Shown here piece by piece: positions 35,682 to 49,603 of a DNA stretch of 64,000 bases. The stretch's first letter is position 1; each line of letters opens with the position of its first letter. This DNA is from Octopus vulgaris (lineage: Eukaryota). Both the position numbers and the translations under genes were made by a program. Under the pieces are notes generated by a model, which saw nothing but the letters and a program-made list of their open reading frames with translations, was not told the DNA's origin and made no database searches. The stretch covers positions 12,586,001 through 12,650,000 of the forward strand of contig OX597814.1 in NCBI GenBank assembly GCA_951406725.2, given 5' to 3'.

Positions 35682-36926
35682 ACAAACACACATGCACACA
35701 CACAAGCACGCACACACAGACACACAGACACACACACACACACAAGAATAAGTGAAATCGCCCTTAGATCGTATAATTGCATTCGCTCTTCCTTGAAACC
35801 TAGAATATATTGAATTCGAAGAATGTGAACTATATTTTTAAAATACGTTTTAAAAATAAATAGTATCAGTTGTTAGCTTCTTATTTTAGTTCAGCACCGA
35901 TCATGTAGACCTGCTATGAAATGTGTTCCAATTGAGACCATCCCAGTTTTCCGTGTATGCATCCATATTGACATATTAATGATTATAGGGTGTGACTTGA
36001 GGAAACTTTAACTGCTATTTCTAAACGCTTGAATGATGGTAAAAGTCGTAGAGCTGCTTTCAGTTTGACAGAAGTACAAAGTTAACTTTCGAATAAACCA
36101 TCAAATCTTATGGTATTCGCAGCTAGCCGATATTGCTTGCTATAAATATTTATTCTCCTTGTGTTCGATAATGAAATTGAGGTAAAGATTAGAGATCCTA
36201 AGTCACATATCGGTTTGTTGTCATGTGAAGCAAGATAATAAATTGGTGTCCATATCCGAAAGTTTAGATAATCAAACTTCAGACAATCATTATAAATAGA
36301 CTAGTGATATCACTGTGAAATATTTCAGCTGCGGAAATATCCAACATAGAATTTATATAAACGAGTAATAACACGAATTAGTTGGTATTAATATTAGTAT
36401 TTGAAAAGTCACTCTAAGGTAAGTCGTTTAGTAGTTTCATAATATTTGTGTTAATGAGGAAGTAACTCAGTTGTTGGTTATCATAAGCAAACTATGTTTC
36501 AGAGACTACATGTTATCTTCCTTGCGTCACTATTGTTTGTTAACTTGGGTAGTGTCGACCCCTTACGTGCGTCTGAGATTTCAATGAGGAGGTAAATGTT
36601 GCCAGTAATCTATGGAATCGCAGTGTGTTTCAAGGAGCATGGTTTCTCTTAGAAATATGCTAAACCGTCTACAATATTGACATTGTAAATACATTTCCTT
36701 CCTCGGTTTGAAAATACGACTAAAAGTTTGTGTTGACAGTGAGCAGAAGTATCATTAACGTTGCGTCAAAATCAGATATAAATTTATGGACACTTAATTA
36801 ATTTAAACATAAAACTGTGATGATTGAAATTTGTGTATATTAAGATTTATAACGTATAGTGAATCGAAAGGTACACAAACACACACACACACACACATAT
36901 AAATATATATATATATATATATTTAT

Positions 36927-37022
<96 letters not shown>

Positions 37023-37024
37023 AA

Positions 37025-37340
37025 GTGGAGGGCAGCGGACTCGCGGTCGGAGGATCGCAGTTTCGATTCCCAGAACGGGCGTTGTGTGTGTTTATTGAGC
37101 GAAAACGCCTAAAAGCTCCACGACGCTCCGGCAGGGGGTGGAGGTGGAGCCCTCTGTTGTACTCTTTCGTCCCAACTTTCTCTCACTCTTTCTTCCTGTC
37201 TCTTGAGTAACGCTGCGATGGACTAGCGTCCCGGCCGTCCAGCAGGGGTGGGTGGGTGGGGAACTCATACGTCATAGAAACCGGGAAAGCGGGCCCATGA
37301 GCCTGGCTAGGCTTGAAAAGGGCGCATAACTAACTAAGTA
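37025..37340 (+). mobile_element. SINE with family C head and a different 3' module
   Basis: Head GGGCAGCGGACTCGCGGTCG..TTTCGATTCCCAGA..GTTTATTGAGCGAAAA as in family C. The 3' part GCGATGGACTAGCGTCCC..AGAAACCGGG..CCCATGAGCC is unrelated to the family C tail. Confidence 0.75.
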
Positions 37341-38167
37341 TATAATAATAATAATAATAATATATATATATATATCCAATTTCAAGAACGCGAATATTTG
37401 TTGGTGTTTTGCTTACTATATTTCCCTAAAATATATAAAACACTTTATATGCCGAAAGATGTTTACAGCCAAATACCAATCATAATATTGAATATGTAAA
37501 AAGCAAAATTGCAATAATTATGTCAATTTTAAAAGACCTTCCGAATCACCTTGCATAATATTTCTTCTCCCTTAAAAGAGCAGATTGGCTGAAAAAAGAG
37601 AACATCATGTAAAATGCTTTTAGTATTTATCGCTATTCTTCTGCATTCTGGATCCAGATGCAAATAGTAGCAATATAGTTTTTAATTGGTCTTCTCTCAA
37701 TAAGATGCACCTCAAGATTCAGTCTATGTTGTGGTGTGATGGCTTGGGTGCCTTAATGTTTTTCAGAGATATACAAGTGGTGTGCAGGCTTCTGGTAGGC
37801 TATCCCATGCTAGGCAAGACAGAAGATAGTGGTCATGCTAATATGGTCTCCTGTTCTCAAAAGTAAAAATGAGTTTGTGTAGTGTTTACATACATTAACA
37901 AAGTCAAAGAGAAACATTGATGGCCTTTCAAAACCAACAAGACCTATGAGAGGAAAGCCCAGAATCAAAAGTTTTGGAGAAAACCTGTGGATGGCCTATG
38001 TTCCATAGTGTGTGCAGTATATAAATAACCCTATAGGATAGGTTCCAATTACTTTTTAAGATTTGCTAGTCCATGTAATACATCGATGTAATTGTAGTAA
38101 AACAGTGCCACTGCCGAGCATCATTATCATGTACATGCATAACTTTTAAATGATTTAGAATTTTTTA

Positions 38168-38559
38168 AGGAGTGGCTATGTGGTAAGTAGCTTGCTAACC
38201 AACCACATGGTTCCGGGTTCAGTCCCACTGCGTGGTATCTTGGGCAAGTGTCTTCTGCTACAGCCTCGGGCCGACCAAAGCTTTGTGAGTGAATTTGGTA
38301 GACGGAAGCTGAAAGAAGCCTGTCGTATATATGTATATGTATGTATGTGTATGTGTTTGTGTGTCTGTGTTTGTACCCCTAGCATTGCTTGACAACCGAT
38401 GCTGGTGTGTTTACGTCCCCGTCACTTAGCGGTTCGGCAAAAGAGACCGATTGAATAAGTACTGGGCTTACAAAGAATAAGTCCCGGGGTCGATTTGCTC
38501 GACTAAAGGCGGTGCTCCAACATGGCCGCAGTCAAATGACTGAAACATGTAAAAGAGTA
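38168..38559 (+). mobile_element. SINE family A
   Basis: High identity to the other copies. Confidence 0.92.
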
Positions 38560-39792
38560 TGAACAAACATTCATACACATATCCACTGATGTCCATGAAT
38601 TTCGTCTAATTCTTTTTGTTACTTTCTGTTCTGGGATGCCATTTCAGTAATTTTTCTATATGATTTCATGTTACATTGGGACTGTGATGATTTCACTTTA
38701 CATTCTTCAGTAATTTTGGTGGAAAAAAAAAAAAGTAGTTGTCAAGTAGTTTTGATTTCGATACCGTGAACGATTTTCGCATTATATAGTGTGAGATACA
38801 TTTCTGTTAGCTGACAAATCTATAGACATGAAATCTTTCAGATGGATTAGCAAATTTCATGCAAGGAGTCTCCCACGAAGATCACTTCTACCTACGGACG
38901 ATAAATTTTGTAGTAACTATGACCATAGTGTTATTGTAATAAATAAGCCATTACAGGAATACAAAAAAAAGAAACAAATCACGAAAACATAAATTGCACT
39001 TTTCTCCCTTGCTCGACTTCACTTTCTGGTCTGTTAATGTTCCAACTTTACGCATAAAGTACTCCGGATTCAATATACATATATATAAACGTAATATAAA
39101 TCACTTGCTCTAAGCATTACGAATAAGTCTGAGATTTGAGATTTTCGCATAATGCTTGATTTACTATTCAATGATGAAATATACTTCAGCTGTGAAAAAA
39201 TGTCAAATATTTATAAACAAAAGTTTTGTTGTGCATTGCAATATCGCTAGAATATTTGCAAATGTGTAACATTACTTATATACTTAGACACATACACATA
39301 TATTAATGATTAAATCTAGAGAGAATTACAGATACTTTTTACAGTTTGTTTCCGCTACGATTATTAAACTGAAATCTTCTCTTCCGAAAAAACGAATTTG
39401 GTAAAGTTTAACATCGCAGTCGTTCCTCCTGCTACTTGAAAGAAAAAAAAAATCATTCCTTCCGATTATCCACGATCTAAGAGGATTTAATAAAGCTATG
39501 GAAGTTCTATTTCTATTTCTCACTAACATATGAAAAATAGCAGCGGTAACCAAGTTTGGACACATGGGAAAATTAACTGTAGTGGGGTATAATTTCAGTA
39601 TCATTAATTTTCTAACTGAATTTCAACTGCCTCTCATCAACGTAGTTGTTGCCTCTTTCGTACATACATACATACATACAAACATACATACATACATACA
39701 TACATACATACATACATACATACATACATACACACGTACGTACGTACATACATACATACACTTATATATATATACTCACAAACACACAAATA

Positions 39793-40700
39793 CTAGCAAT
39801 GCATCCCGGCGTTGCCCTAGTGTTATGACCTGCAGGCACATTGTATTATTTGCTCCTTTCTTATGGGCAGAATCGGCACAGCTGATTTATAATTAATGGC
39901 ATAATGGAATATATTGTTTGTTTAAAAGTGAGGGTACAGTTTACATGGGTTTGCATGAAAATGCTTTCTGTTCCTAAAAAGGATCACAAACTATGTATTG
40001 TTTCATCGTATAAAGGGGGTTAATACGATTTTGTCCAGAAATCACGTTTTCAAAATTTTTATTTTCTCCCATCCTCACCGCATTTCTTTTCAAATTTTCT
40101 GTTGCTTTTGTTATCTACGTACAAAAATACAGAGAATACGAATCTGGGAAATACATATATATTGTTTATTATAGTTTAATTTTTCTTAAAGAAACACTCA
40201 ATACCTCACCTCACTCACCCATCACCTACTCGATTTCAATTTGTCTGATGCTTCCCGCATGCATAGAATTCTACTGAAATAGCAAATGAAAAAATACCAG
40301 ACCACTGCCAGAAAACCCGACATGCTAGAAACAACAGGTAGACGACATTATTTCTGAAGAAACTTCCCCGCTTTCCAAAAAGCTAAAAGTGAAACATTGG
40401 AAGTGTGTAGCTATTTGAAAATGGTGAGGTGATGGGTAAAATACATAAAGATTCGTACTCTCTGTTTTTTCTCCATGGATTACCAAGAAAAATATTTGAA
40501 ATAAGTAAAAAATGAATTTGGTGTGGAGGGGGAGAAAATTAAAACATTGAGAACGTGTTTTGTGGGTGAAATCCTAATACCCTGTATCGCAAACATAGGA
40601 ATCGGAAGAAATTTATGATAAAAATGAGGGGGAGGGGACGGAAATGTCACCTCGGATATGTTAAAAAGAAGAGGTAAAGGACAGGATTTCTGGGAAAACT
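39793..40700 (-). mobile_element. Possible non-autonomous Helitron-like element (3' end at 39793; 5' boundary unknown)
   Basis: Minus strand GGGCAACGCCGGGATGCATTGCTAG resembles the end at 47876-47903. Degenerate internal inverted similarity between 40020-40150 and 40440-40585. Confidence 0.4.
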
Positions 40701-42284
40701 TTGTTTAAGTTTATATCGAAGATCAGGTTTTTAAATACGCTCATCACAAACACAAACTACACAATATAAACACATCATTTCAATTGGATTTAAGCTTTAA
40801 ATGTGCACGTGCACACTGCAAGAAATAACATAATTCGCACAGAAGTGTTAGCTAGAGTGCATGTATGTGTGTGTGTGCCAAAGGAACTTTTTTTATGGCA
40901 TTCTTTCGTTTGGAGAAATGTTGTCAACTCAACATATATGGAATCATGTGATTGTGCATTAATTTCCGTAAAATTCTTTTAATTTATTTATGCTTTGAAG
41001 AGAGCAGAAATTGAAAGGGAGGATAAAGTGAAAAGCGACATTTGCTTTGAAGTGAGAAGAGAAAGTAAATGAGAGGAGAAAGTGAAAGATGTACGTGTAT
41101 ATGAAATGGACGTGTATATGAGACAGAGAGAGAGAGAAAAAGAGAGAGTGAGTGAGTGAAGGTGTATGTTGTGATGTATGAATGTTTTTGCATGTATGTG
41201 TAAGCGTCACTCACTCGCTCTCTCTCTCTCTCCCCCCACACACAAACATCTTTCATATACATATGCATAAATAGACGGAGGTAAAGAATACGTACACCAC
41301 CTGTTTTCGGCGTAATCATAATTCTAAATACCAGGTGTGCGCATTCTTTTCCTTGGCCATAAATACATATGCATACGTCTATTTTGTGCGTGCGAGAGAC
41401 AGAAAGAGAGAAAGAGAGAGAAAGGCTGTATATCCTCGTAAAATATAGAGAAATGGAAGTCTTTTAATGTAATTTTTTTGGTTGTGGCTTATTTCAATAT
41501 AATATTTATGTGTACAATTTCATAAATGTTTGTCTGAGTAGAATTCTACGCATGCGTGAAACATCAGACGAAAGCAAATTAGATGCAAATTGAAATATTG
41601 TCCGAAAATGACCTCAAAATTGTGCGACCCAACGTAGTTGCCGACGTTATTTTAGTTGTAAAAAAGAGTTGTTGAGTGGAAAACAGTTTATTTGGTAGAT
41701 AGATAATAATCAACGGCTATGTTTCGTTATAACTCCCAAAGCTGTCAACAAACTCATCGGAATCAGCTGTTTTGTTCGTTAATTTCTGTAATTTTTTATT
41801 TATTTATTTACTTTTGTTTTGAAGTGAAAGAGAGGAGAAATTGAAAAATGTATGAACGTGTATATGAAATGGACGTGTGTGTTTGTGTGTGCGCGTATGT
41901 GTGTGTGTGTGTGTGTGTGAGAGAGAGGGAGAGAGAGAGAGAGAGTTGGTGAGTGCCACTTACACGTACATGAGATCACACATGTTCACTCACACCCTTG
42001 CTCTCTCACAAACACGCACACACACACACACACACTAGTTCATCTGTCCTTTTGACAAGTCTTGTTTATAGTCCGACTGGGTGTCCAGCAACCTGCCTCA
42101 CCGAGCAAGTCTAGTTGAAGGTGCCTGTTTAGTTGCCGACGACCTGATTACGCAGCAGGTTGTATTGGATTTCATGTTATCAGTAACACTCATGAGAAAA
42201 CAGACAAGTGACCTGCCATATTTTTATCTATTAAATACGTATAAAAGTTTCCTCCAAATGTAAATTTTGTATTATTTGAATGTA

Positions 42285-42666
42285 TACTCTTTTACTCTTT
42301 TACTTGTTTCAGTCATTTGACTGCGGCCATGCTGAAGCACCGCCTTTAGTCGAGCAAATCGACCCCGGAACTTATTCTTTGTAAGCCCAGTACTTATTCT
42401 ATCGGTCTCTTTTGCCGAACCGCTAAGTGACGGGGACGTAAACACACCAGCATCGGTTGTCAAGCAATGCTAGGGGGACAAACACAGACACACACACATA
42501 TATATATACATATATACGACAGGCTTCTTTCAGTTTCCGTCTACCAAATCCACTCACAAGGCATTGGTCGGCCCGGGGCTATAGCAGAAGACACTTGCCC
42601 AAGATGTCACGCAATGGGACTGAACCCGGAACCATGTGGTTGGTTAGCAAGCTACTTACCACACAG
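42285..42666 (-). mobile_element. SINE family A
   Basis: High identity to the other copies; the 5' ~15 nt are missing. Confidence 0.92.
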
Positions 42667-43212
42667 TCTGAAGAATTTCTAATAGGAAATTTCTTACGTT
42701 TATCCAACATGTACAACTTTGTGATTTCTATTAGCTAATAAAAAGTGTAAAGCTGCATAAATAATTGAAACAAAAAAATTCCAGCTTCCTGTACTGTTAT
42801 GTATATATTTTTTCTACGGTATCTGCAGTGAATTTGCCACTAAAAGCTGAAATATGCCACAAACACAGTTTAACTAACCTAAAGTTCGCTTACGCCTAAA
42901 CACTGCTTCACGCTGATACTGCAGAATATCTCCCGACCTGGTAGTCTAAGAGCGTAACCCAGTCAATGTTGTTGACTGTTTTAGTTGAAGCTACGGCTTA
43001 AAGTCATCCCGGTATTACTTTGGTATTTCCTATTGATAACGCTTAAAGAACTAGAAACACTGCATCCCCCAATCTGACATGAATACCGTTGCACCTCTTC
43101 TGTGGATTCTTTCGGCTTCCACCCACTTTTATGCCGTCATAGTGCTGGACTGACGGGTCGAAACATATGTTATACCTAATAAAAGCCTAATACGAAATCT
43201 ATCTCCTAGTAA

Positions 43213-43432
43213 TTTCTTTTGCTTGTTTCAGTCATTTGGCTGCAGCCATGCGGGAGCCCCAACTTGAAGGGTTTTAGTCGAAAAGAATCGATACCCAGAC
43301 TTATTTCTTAAGCTTAGTACTTATTCTGTGGGTGTTTTTGTCGGACCGCTACGTTTCACGGACATCAACACACCAATACCAGTTGTCAAACGGTGATGGG
43401 GAAGGGGACAAACACAAACAAAAAACACACAC
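43213..43432 (-). mobile_element. Diverged SINE family A 3' fragment
   Basis: CTTGTTTCAGTCATTTGGCTGCAGCCATGC tail. Confidence 0.65.
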
Positions 43433-43589
43433 GCAGTTAGATATATACATACATATAGTAAAAAGGGAGGAGAAGAATTTCGGTCATCCCTACGGTGAGT
43501 TGTAATCCTTATATATAAAAGAGAGGTTGTGTGCTGTCTGTCTCTTCCTCCTCAGTTATCTTCCTCCTAAGGGTAGGAATAAAACACTA

Positions 43590-45810
43590 GATGACTTATG
43601 TGACCATATCGAAAATTTCCCAAATACTTGCCATAAATGAAAAACTTATTCAAACCTCAATAATTTAGAATGCAAAAATCTAATGGAACTGCAAAACGAC
43701 AAAAAAATAACAATTAAGCAAAGAAAGTGCTATGGTCCTGATGGACAGAGAATACTACAAAAGCCTAGTATTATCCATGCTAGAAAATGTTACCTTCAAC
43801 GAAAAAGTTGTAAACTATAAGCAACAAAAATCAATGAAAAATCTTGCATCCTTAATTCATCTACATCACGATCTTTAAATGTAATCCTAGTTTTTTACGG
43901 CCTACCTAAAGTACATAAGTGCAAGATAGTTAATGAAGCCTGCAAACAATCACCAGGCAAATACATGAGTATTCTAACGCTAGAAGATTTAAAGTTAAGA
44001 CTCATTATAGGTGGCCTAGCCTGTGAAACCCACCGCCAACGAATTATTCTAGACATCCTACTGAAACTCTTGCTGAAATTCATCGTAAGTTCCATTAGAG
44101 ACTATCTAAATATGCTTGTGCATTTACCAAAAACAACTCATGAAGAGACATTATTGGTTTCACTCCATTAATCTTTACACCAATATCCCACATGACTATG
44201 GAATAGAAACAAGAAAATTCTGGCTGGAAAAGTACCCCGGAGAAATTCCTGAATACGTATACCATGTTTTGATTATTGAAACATTAAGATGTATACTTCA
44301 CAAAAATTATTTCCTATTTGACGATACCTACTATCGTCAAAAATGTTGAATTACGATAGGAATGAAAGCAGCCCCTGTTCTTGCGAACCTAATAATGGTA
44401 TATTTTGAATTCACCATATATGAAGTGTCACTGCAAAAATATGGATATCCATTTCACCATTTTATAAGAGAGAACTGGAAAAGATATATGGATGACTGCT
44501 TTATCATTTGGAATGCGACCATTGATAAGCTTTTGGAATTCAAATCAATACTAAATAACATAAACCCTAACATTCAATTTACTATGGAATATAGCAAAGA
44601 AGAGCTAGATATGATAAAAAACATCAGCAACCAAATTATAACTGACATTTATCATAAAGCACCAGACTGGAAAGTCATGACACCCGAAACGCATCAAAGA
44701 AATATCCCCTTTAATTTAGAAATAAGGTTTACACAATAGTGTCTGATAGAAATACTTGGGACCTCCGTCTTCAAGATCTCAGAACAACACTAACTGAGAG
44801 ACAATATCTACCATCACTTATAGATAATGGAATTAAGCGTGAGAAGAAATTTAGGCATTAACACACTAAGGGAAACAAAGCGTAACACCACACCTGATCT
44901 CAAAATACTACCGTATATATCAACTCACAACCCTGGAAAAAATGGGGTATACAACGCTATTGTACACAATCTACTTATGCGCACTAGGGATCCAAAAATG
45001 AACAACATTCTGAAAACACAAATTCATCAAATGCAAAAGCTACACAAATCGCTGAAAAGACTTCTGACATATGTGAAGCTTTGCACAACAACTACGAAAC
45101 CAACGGATATGGACGTCCAAACTGTGGGACATGCGCCAAACACCTGGAAAGCTTGGAATTCCTATTCGAACAAGGAGAAAGGTTTACAATTAAAACCAAC
45201 TTCGCTTGTGCTTCCGAGAATCTAATTTATGTTATAACTCGTTCAGGTCGTGGACATAACTATATAGGACAGAAAAGTATGACGGACCCACACTAGATAA
45301 GGAACAAATCCGTTTCCGAAAGTACAGACAGATTCCTTTGAGTGAACACATAGAGAGATGTGCAGGTAATACCCAACCAAACTTCACAATTTTCTCCACT
45401 TACCAGTGCAAAGAAACAATTTCTGTACAAGAACGTTTAAATAACGAAAATTTATTTATCGAAAAATGCAGAACATGCTTAAATATGAACGTATAACCAA
45501 CTTTGGTCTCCAGATATATTTTAATTCACGATCACTGTACATATTTCATCTCACTACTTTAGCTTTTGTGTTTTTGTACATTTATTTATCCCTACACCCC
45601 AAATGAACAATTACGTTCCCTGTCCCGAATTATAACGTTCACCCATTAGATTTTTCTATTTGTTTACTCATTCACAAACTTCCATACAGCAACATCGACT
45701 AAAATCTTCTTAAGAAAATACGAAATTACAATAATTTCAATGCCATGATTAGCGAAAGCGAAACCGGTCGACAAACATAATACGCTTTCACTTATAAAAT
45801 ATATAAAAAA
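43590..45810 (+). mobile_element. Penelope-like element (RT plus GIY-YIG endonuclease), degenerate, with 3' terminal region
   Basis: FYGLPKVHK, LRLIIGG..C.T, NLYTNIPH, NYFLFDDTYYRQ, APVLANLIM, WKRYMDDCFIIW, NPNIQFTME, TDIYHK, then CGTC..F.C.SENLIYVI....HNYIG. Many stops and frameshifts. Confidence 0.9.
45741..45773 (+). ncRNA. Decayed minimal hammerhead in the Penelope 3' terminal region
   Basis: UGCC AUGAUUA GC-GAAA-GC GAAAC-CG-GUC GACA, with two core substitutions and one stem I mismatch. Confidence 0.45.
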
Positions 45811-45814
45811 ATGA

Positions 45815-46324
45815 TTGCGATGTTATGCATCAATTCATCTTCCAACAAGGCCTCAGACTCAACACGGAGGCCTACATCTAGTGCTTGGAGGAAATAGTGT
45901 TGCTCTGGGTCAAGAGGGTGGCTGCTGGGAGACCCTGTATCTGGTAACAGGACTCTGCACCATGCTACAGAAGCGAGAGAACCTAGTAATGGCTGTCAGA
46001 CTATTTCTGCGACCACATCGCCCATTCACCAACTTAAACAGTGAACGTCCAAAAGAGTTGCAGGAGATTCCGAAGTCGTCTGGAGGCCGTGGTTGAAGCC
46101 TATGGCGATTTTATTGAATAAATTTACTCTTTAGTATTTCAAGATATTTTTATCAGGTCTCATGGCGGCAGTTCCATCAGATGATGTCAGTTGGTCATCT
46201 TCGAACCGAAGGACGAACATTATTATTATCATTATGTAATTTTGGTAAATATATCTTAAAATGAGATGTCAGTATTATTTTCATTTTTGCGTAATTGAAT
46301 TGACAGTTTATTCACTGCACCCTG
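45815..46324 (+). mobile_element. maT/DD37D-like transposon 3' fragment
   Basis: L..WVKRVAAGRPCIW*QDSAPCY..WLSDYF and C-terminus KSCRRFRSRLEAVVEAYGDFIE*. Ends CACCCTG|TA. Confidence 0.7.
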
Positions 46325-46345
46325 TATATACACTTATGCGTTTAT

Positions 46346-46415
<70 letters not shown>

Positions 46416-47329
46416 GTAGTAGTAGTAGTGGTAGTAGTTGTTGATAAACTAGTTGCTTCAGAGAGACAACAGATCGATCAGTTTATATATAATATCTGCC
46501 AAGAACTATTTAACACTAACGCACATACACACACACACACACACTCACACACACATTTGCATACAATATACGTACATACGCAAGCATATATCCCTTTAGT
46601 CTTTTAATAGATTCCTTTATCACATTGGGATACCGACTTCAAAGCATAGTCGATTATATCGAAAGCATTAGTTGATAGCTGACCTCAGGGTGATGAAAGG
46701 GAAAAGTAGACAATGGTAGGAGCTGAACTCTCTAGGGATAAACTTGTAATACCCATTTTTATTAATTCTGAGATAGATACGAATGGCTTCAAAATGTGAT
46801 GTTGTCTAGATAATCCTACTTCTAATGCAGACAATGAGATATTATAGAGTGGGATGCCGTACAGGTGCAATTTGGTTAATCAGAAACTATAGTTTAAAGT
46901 GATAATAGACTACGACTAGTACCGTAGACCAAAACCAAATCTGACTTGAAAAGTTGATAGGAAACTATAACGGATGATTAATGGACACCTGTGTTGTCAA
47001 ATGTCGAAGATAAGAAGCAATATTTTGAAGTGACTTCTAATAATGCGAAAACGAAGCAAATTTTATTCTCTATCAGTGAATTAAGTTAAGAATTATAAAT
47101 GTTATCTCGTTGATTATTTGTGACCTTCACTTCATCCTCTTGTCTTATACACAAAGATAAGTTATATAGAAAATTATCCAAATAAATGATATCATTTAAT
47201 CTCCTATTATCAAACATGTGTGCAGTGCTACATGTACATATACTGATATTAACGGACACGCTGACATACGAATCCACAATTACAAATTTTCGCATTTCAC
47301 AAACGTATATAGGAGCGTTTACAGTTTGC

Positions 47330-47362
<33 letters not shown>

Positions 47363-47412
47363 TGTATGTATGTATGTATGTATGTATGTATGTATGTATG
47401 TATATGTATATA

Positions 47413-47903
47413 TCTCTCTATATATAAACGGCAGTTTGTCTGTCTGTGTGTCTGTGTGTCTGTCAGGTTGTACCCTCACACTGACCACGGCTTTCAACCG
47501 ATTCTGATGAAACTTGACACACACATAGCCAATGTGTAAAGTTCTTCCAGTTCTGAAAAAATCGATAAATTCGACATGGGGTCGAGAATCTGAGCTTTTT
47601 ATTTGCAACACATTTTCTGTTGTAGTTTTCGCAACTTGCAATCGATTTTCACCAAACTCATGGTGAAGCTTAATGTTACCCTAAGAAACTTAATTCTGAC
47701 GTTAGTTTTCCATGCAATACCTTACCATCATAAAAAAATCGATAAAATCATGCCATTTTGGGAAATCGCGTTCAAATTCAAGATGACGTATTTTCGACAA
47801 TATCTTTCACAAATTGGCAGGAATTTTTTTAAAATTCACAGCGAGCATCATGTCTGTTCCAGGGGCTCTTACATACCCGGGAAATGCCGGGATATGCTGC
47901 TAG
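47413..47903 (+). mobile_element. Non-autonomous Helitron
   Basis: 5' TC..TATATATAAA followed by (TGTC)n. Subterminal hairpin CCCGG-gaaatg-CCGGG and 3' CTAG, inserted between A and T. Confidence 0.75.
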
Positions 47904-47943
47904 TATATATATATATATCTATATATATATTTTTTTTCTTTGA

Positions 47944-48344
47944 TTCTTTTACTTATTTCAATCATTTGACTGCGGCCATGCTGGAGCACTGCCTTTAATC
48001 GAGCAACTCGACACCGGGACTTATTCTTTTGTAAGCCCAGTACTTATTCTATCGGCCTCTTTTGCCGAACCGCCAAGTAACGGGGACATAAACACACCAG
48101 CATCGGTTGTCAAGCAATGCTAGGGGGACACACACAGACACACAAACACACACACGCATATACATATATATACATATATACGACAGGCTTCTTTCAGTTT
48201 CCGTCTACCAAATCCACTCACAAGGCTTTGGTCGGCCCGAGTCTATAGTAGAAGACAGTTGCCCAAGGTGCCACGCAGTGGGACTGAACCAGGAACCATG
48301 TCGTTGGTAAGCAAGCTACCTACCACACAGCCACTCCTGCGCCT
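47944..48344 (-). mobile_element. SINE family A
   Basis: High identity to the other copies. Confidence 0.92.
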
Positions 48345-48549
48345 ATTATATATATATATAGAGGATATGTTAAAATCGTGAAGGGATGGTTACATCCAAG
48401 GAAATACTGGTTTAACACCTAATACTGTTGGGGAATGATATTCCTTTAAAACAATAGGTATACATTAAGCATATAGTTTTTATCCAGCGAAAGGAAGAGA
48501 AGATGGAGTGAATGAAGTTAACAGTTATTCATTATTAACAAATTTTAGC

Positions 48550-48633
48550 TTCCTACTGCCTTTTCAATAATCTGATTACAAATTTGTATATTAAATTTGC
48601 ATTTATATGACATGACATAATTTCATCAGAGAA
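48550..48633 (-). ncRNA. Decayed hammerhead-like motif with long AU-rich stem II
   Basis: Minus strand UUCU CUGAUGA AAU..AUU GAAA aggca GUA GGAA. Stem III is disrupted. Confidence 0.35.
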
Positions 48634-48833
48634 AAAATGTACATTACGATGTTTTATGTAGAGCTGTCAATTCATTTTAACAGTGTGCCGAAATGAATTT
48701 ATAGGGTATTATTTGAAATTATGAAGTATTAATTTAAACAGCTCTAAGAAGCGAAGACGACCAATTTGTAAAAATAAATAGTTATTAACTTATTTACATT
48801 TTCTTTTCTTCTTTTAACTGGAGATAAATTATA

Positions 48834-48882
<49 letters not shown>

Positions 48883-48932
48883 TAGATAGATACATACATA
48901 CATACATGCATATATATATATATATACACAAT

Positions 48933-48972
<40 letters not shown>

Positions 48973-48989
48973 GATAGATACATACATGC

Positions 48990-49020
<31 letters not shown>

Positions 49021-49342
49021 TACATATATATATATATATATTGTTATTATTATTATCATTATTGGTTTTTATGTATTTTTGTATTCTTATTCGTGTAACG
49101 TCGTTCGTTTTTCCGCCCTTGTTTTGTATACATTCGAGGCTTTCTTCCAAGCAATCTAATGCGCTTGGCTTAGATTTTCCTTTGGGGCTGACCAGATCGG
49201 AGCAATCTCAAGATTAATCTGCCGAAATTGCGAGGATGATCCAGTTCTTGACTGAAGATTGAAGGCTTCGAATGTCCCGTCCACGTTTTTTGTATCGTCT
49301 TCTAAATGTTTTGCGTTTTTATCCCAGTTGGTATTTTTTTAC

Positions 49343-49386
<44 letters not shown>

Positions 49387-49519
49387 ATTCGCTCACGCCG
49401 TCTCTGATGAAGGGAAAGCTGTAACATTTTATCTATACCTTTTTCCTTATAAATGTCCTGAAACCTCCTCACTGCTTTGGCTTCGTTATCTCATTTTGTC
49501 TAACACAGACACAGACACA

Positions 49520-49602
<83 letters not shown>

Positions 49603-49603
49603 C

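Noticed and set aside
43145-43175. CTGACGGGTCGAAACATATGTT
   Set aside because: Core is incomplete and stems I and II do not form; at best a deleted relic.
47505-47516. CTGATGAAAC, and CTGATGA at 7765
   Set aside because: Core words without flanking stems; the first is an ordinary Helitron-internal motif.
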